A stretch of DNA of 64,000 bases from Dimorphilus gyrociliatus (taxonomy: Eukaryota; Animalia; Annelida), in the NCBI GenBank assembly GCA_904063045.1, contig CAJFCJ010000004.1, forward strand, positions 370,195 through 434,194, given 5' to 3'. The notes under the pieces were generated by a model. That model was not told the origin of the DNA, ran no database searches, and was given only the letters and a program-made list of their open reading frames with translations. The position numbers and the translations under genes are program-made. Shown one piece after another: positions 62,858 to 64,000 of the stretch; positions within the stretch are counted from its first letter, which is position 1, and the number at the start of each line of letters is the position of its first letter.

Positions 62858-64000
62858 ATGCGTAATTTGTTGCTTGTAACAATAATTTTTGGATTAATAT
62901 CGACTATCTCTTCATCAGGAATCTTAATTTTACTAGATGATGATAAAATTCTAAACGAAGCAGTTCAAGATGTTTATAACAGTAAATTTCCAGATGAAAA
63001 TTATAATAAAGCTATATACAAGTTAAATGGTTACGACTACTCTGCAATATCGAATGTATGCAGGATTTTGGAGGACGATAATATTAGTTTAATACTTGAC
63101 TTTGCATCTGCAGAAGTATCATCATTTATACAAAATATTGATATGCCAATTGTTTCTTTCGCTAATCCTTATTTTAGAAAAAGAGATAAAGAATCCATTA
63201 TATTTTTGGATAGGGCTAGCTATTCCTTCACTCAAATAATTAGAGAGATTGTTTTGGTAGAAAATTTAACTAATATCGGCATTGTTTACGATGAAACGTT
63301 TGATTTTGATCAAATGCCTAAATTATTATTAAGTAATACAAATTGTAAACATTTTTTTGTTAAATACTCTTCCGACGTTCTTGATATTCTAAAACTGGCT
63401 GAGGTTATGCATATCTTCCTGGCAACAAGCGATAAATCTGCAGAGAATTTATTAAGGAAAGCGAAGAATGATGGTTTTGCAGAAATAAAGTATAATTGGT
63501 ATGTACTGTCTCTGACATTTAAAAAATGTACGAATTGCACGGAGTTTACCCATATTCTAAGAATTATTCCATTTAATCAATTAAATATTGAAAACTTTAA
63601 TAATTTCAACCAATTACTAATATCATTAGTATTAAGTTCATCTTACAAAACAATAAAAGGTAAATTAGTATCATTTTAATTGAAATTTTATCACTAATTG
63701 ATTTATTTCTATTGAAACCGCAAAAGAAATCGATATGAACGCTACTAGATTTGGTACTTGTTCCACACCTCCAAATTACAAAGGCATAACGATCTTAAGA
63801 AGAATAAATAATATATTCGAAAAGCAATTGAATGAAAGTTATCTGGAATTTAAAAGGAACTCTCCGAATAGTTTCGATTATAACGTAATCTTAAATATAT
63901 CAACATCTTTGGGAAGAGTTGCTTCATGGCAAAAAAATAAAGGTTTCACAACTGAACTTTCACTTATCGGTCGTACACCTAAAATAATCTACAGAATAGC
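62858..64000 (+). CDS. Ir25a: Ionotropic receptor co-receptor IR25a-like (iGluR family), 5' part, truncated by the window end
   Basis: Signal peptide, then an ATD with IIREIVLVENLTNIGIVYDETFDFDQMPKLLLSNTNCKH (IR25a-type IRxIV..NxTNAxILYDxxF..D....LL.N...RH). Ends at WQKNKG...IIYRIA, the start of S1. IR8a or another iGluR is not fully excluded. Confidence 0.72.

Noticed and set aside
1-64000. Prokaryotic features (operons, CRISPR, defence systems), tRNA/rRNA or transposase/RT genes
   Set aside because: The sequence is intron-containing animal DNA. I saw no repeat-spacer arrays, cloverleafs or mobile-element ORFs.

Overview
This is AT-rich eukaryotic (animal) DNA with very high gene density and tiny introns (mostly 45-90 nt). 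It is not prokaryotic, so the ORF track shows exon fragments. An IR25a-type receptor points to a protostome. The compaction resembles a miniaturised annelid such as Dimorphilus (inference, not verified). I reconstructed 19 protein-coding genes by hand from splice sites and reading phase. In order: astacin-EGF-CUB-EGF-EGF-vWA-vWA-TSP1 protease; TIM29; RAVER; reeler-3xDOMON-cytochrome b561 (FRRS1-like) with a CSAD-type decarboxylase nested antisense in one of its introns; a second DOMON-b561 paralogue; a duplicated TP53I11-like membrane protein; NSMCE1; SLC25A10; a membrane thioredoxin-domain protein; an intronless GT14 (GCNT-like) enzyme; an intronless acyl-ACP-thioesterase-like protein ending in SKL; a 4-exon orphan; MRPS34; DEGS; ARFGAP2/3; a NACHT-WD40 protein with an N-terminal RIIa/Dpy-30-like docking domain, head-to-head with a switch-degenerate kinesin; an IRF with a C-terminal pLxIS-like motif; and the 5' part of IR25a. 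I found no rRNA, tRNA, CRISPR array or recognisable transposon. Exon boundaries are manual and were not checked against transcripts.
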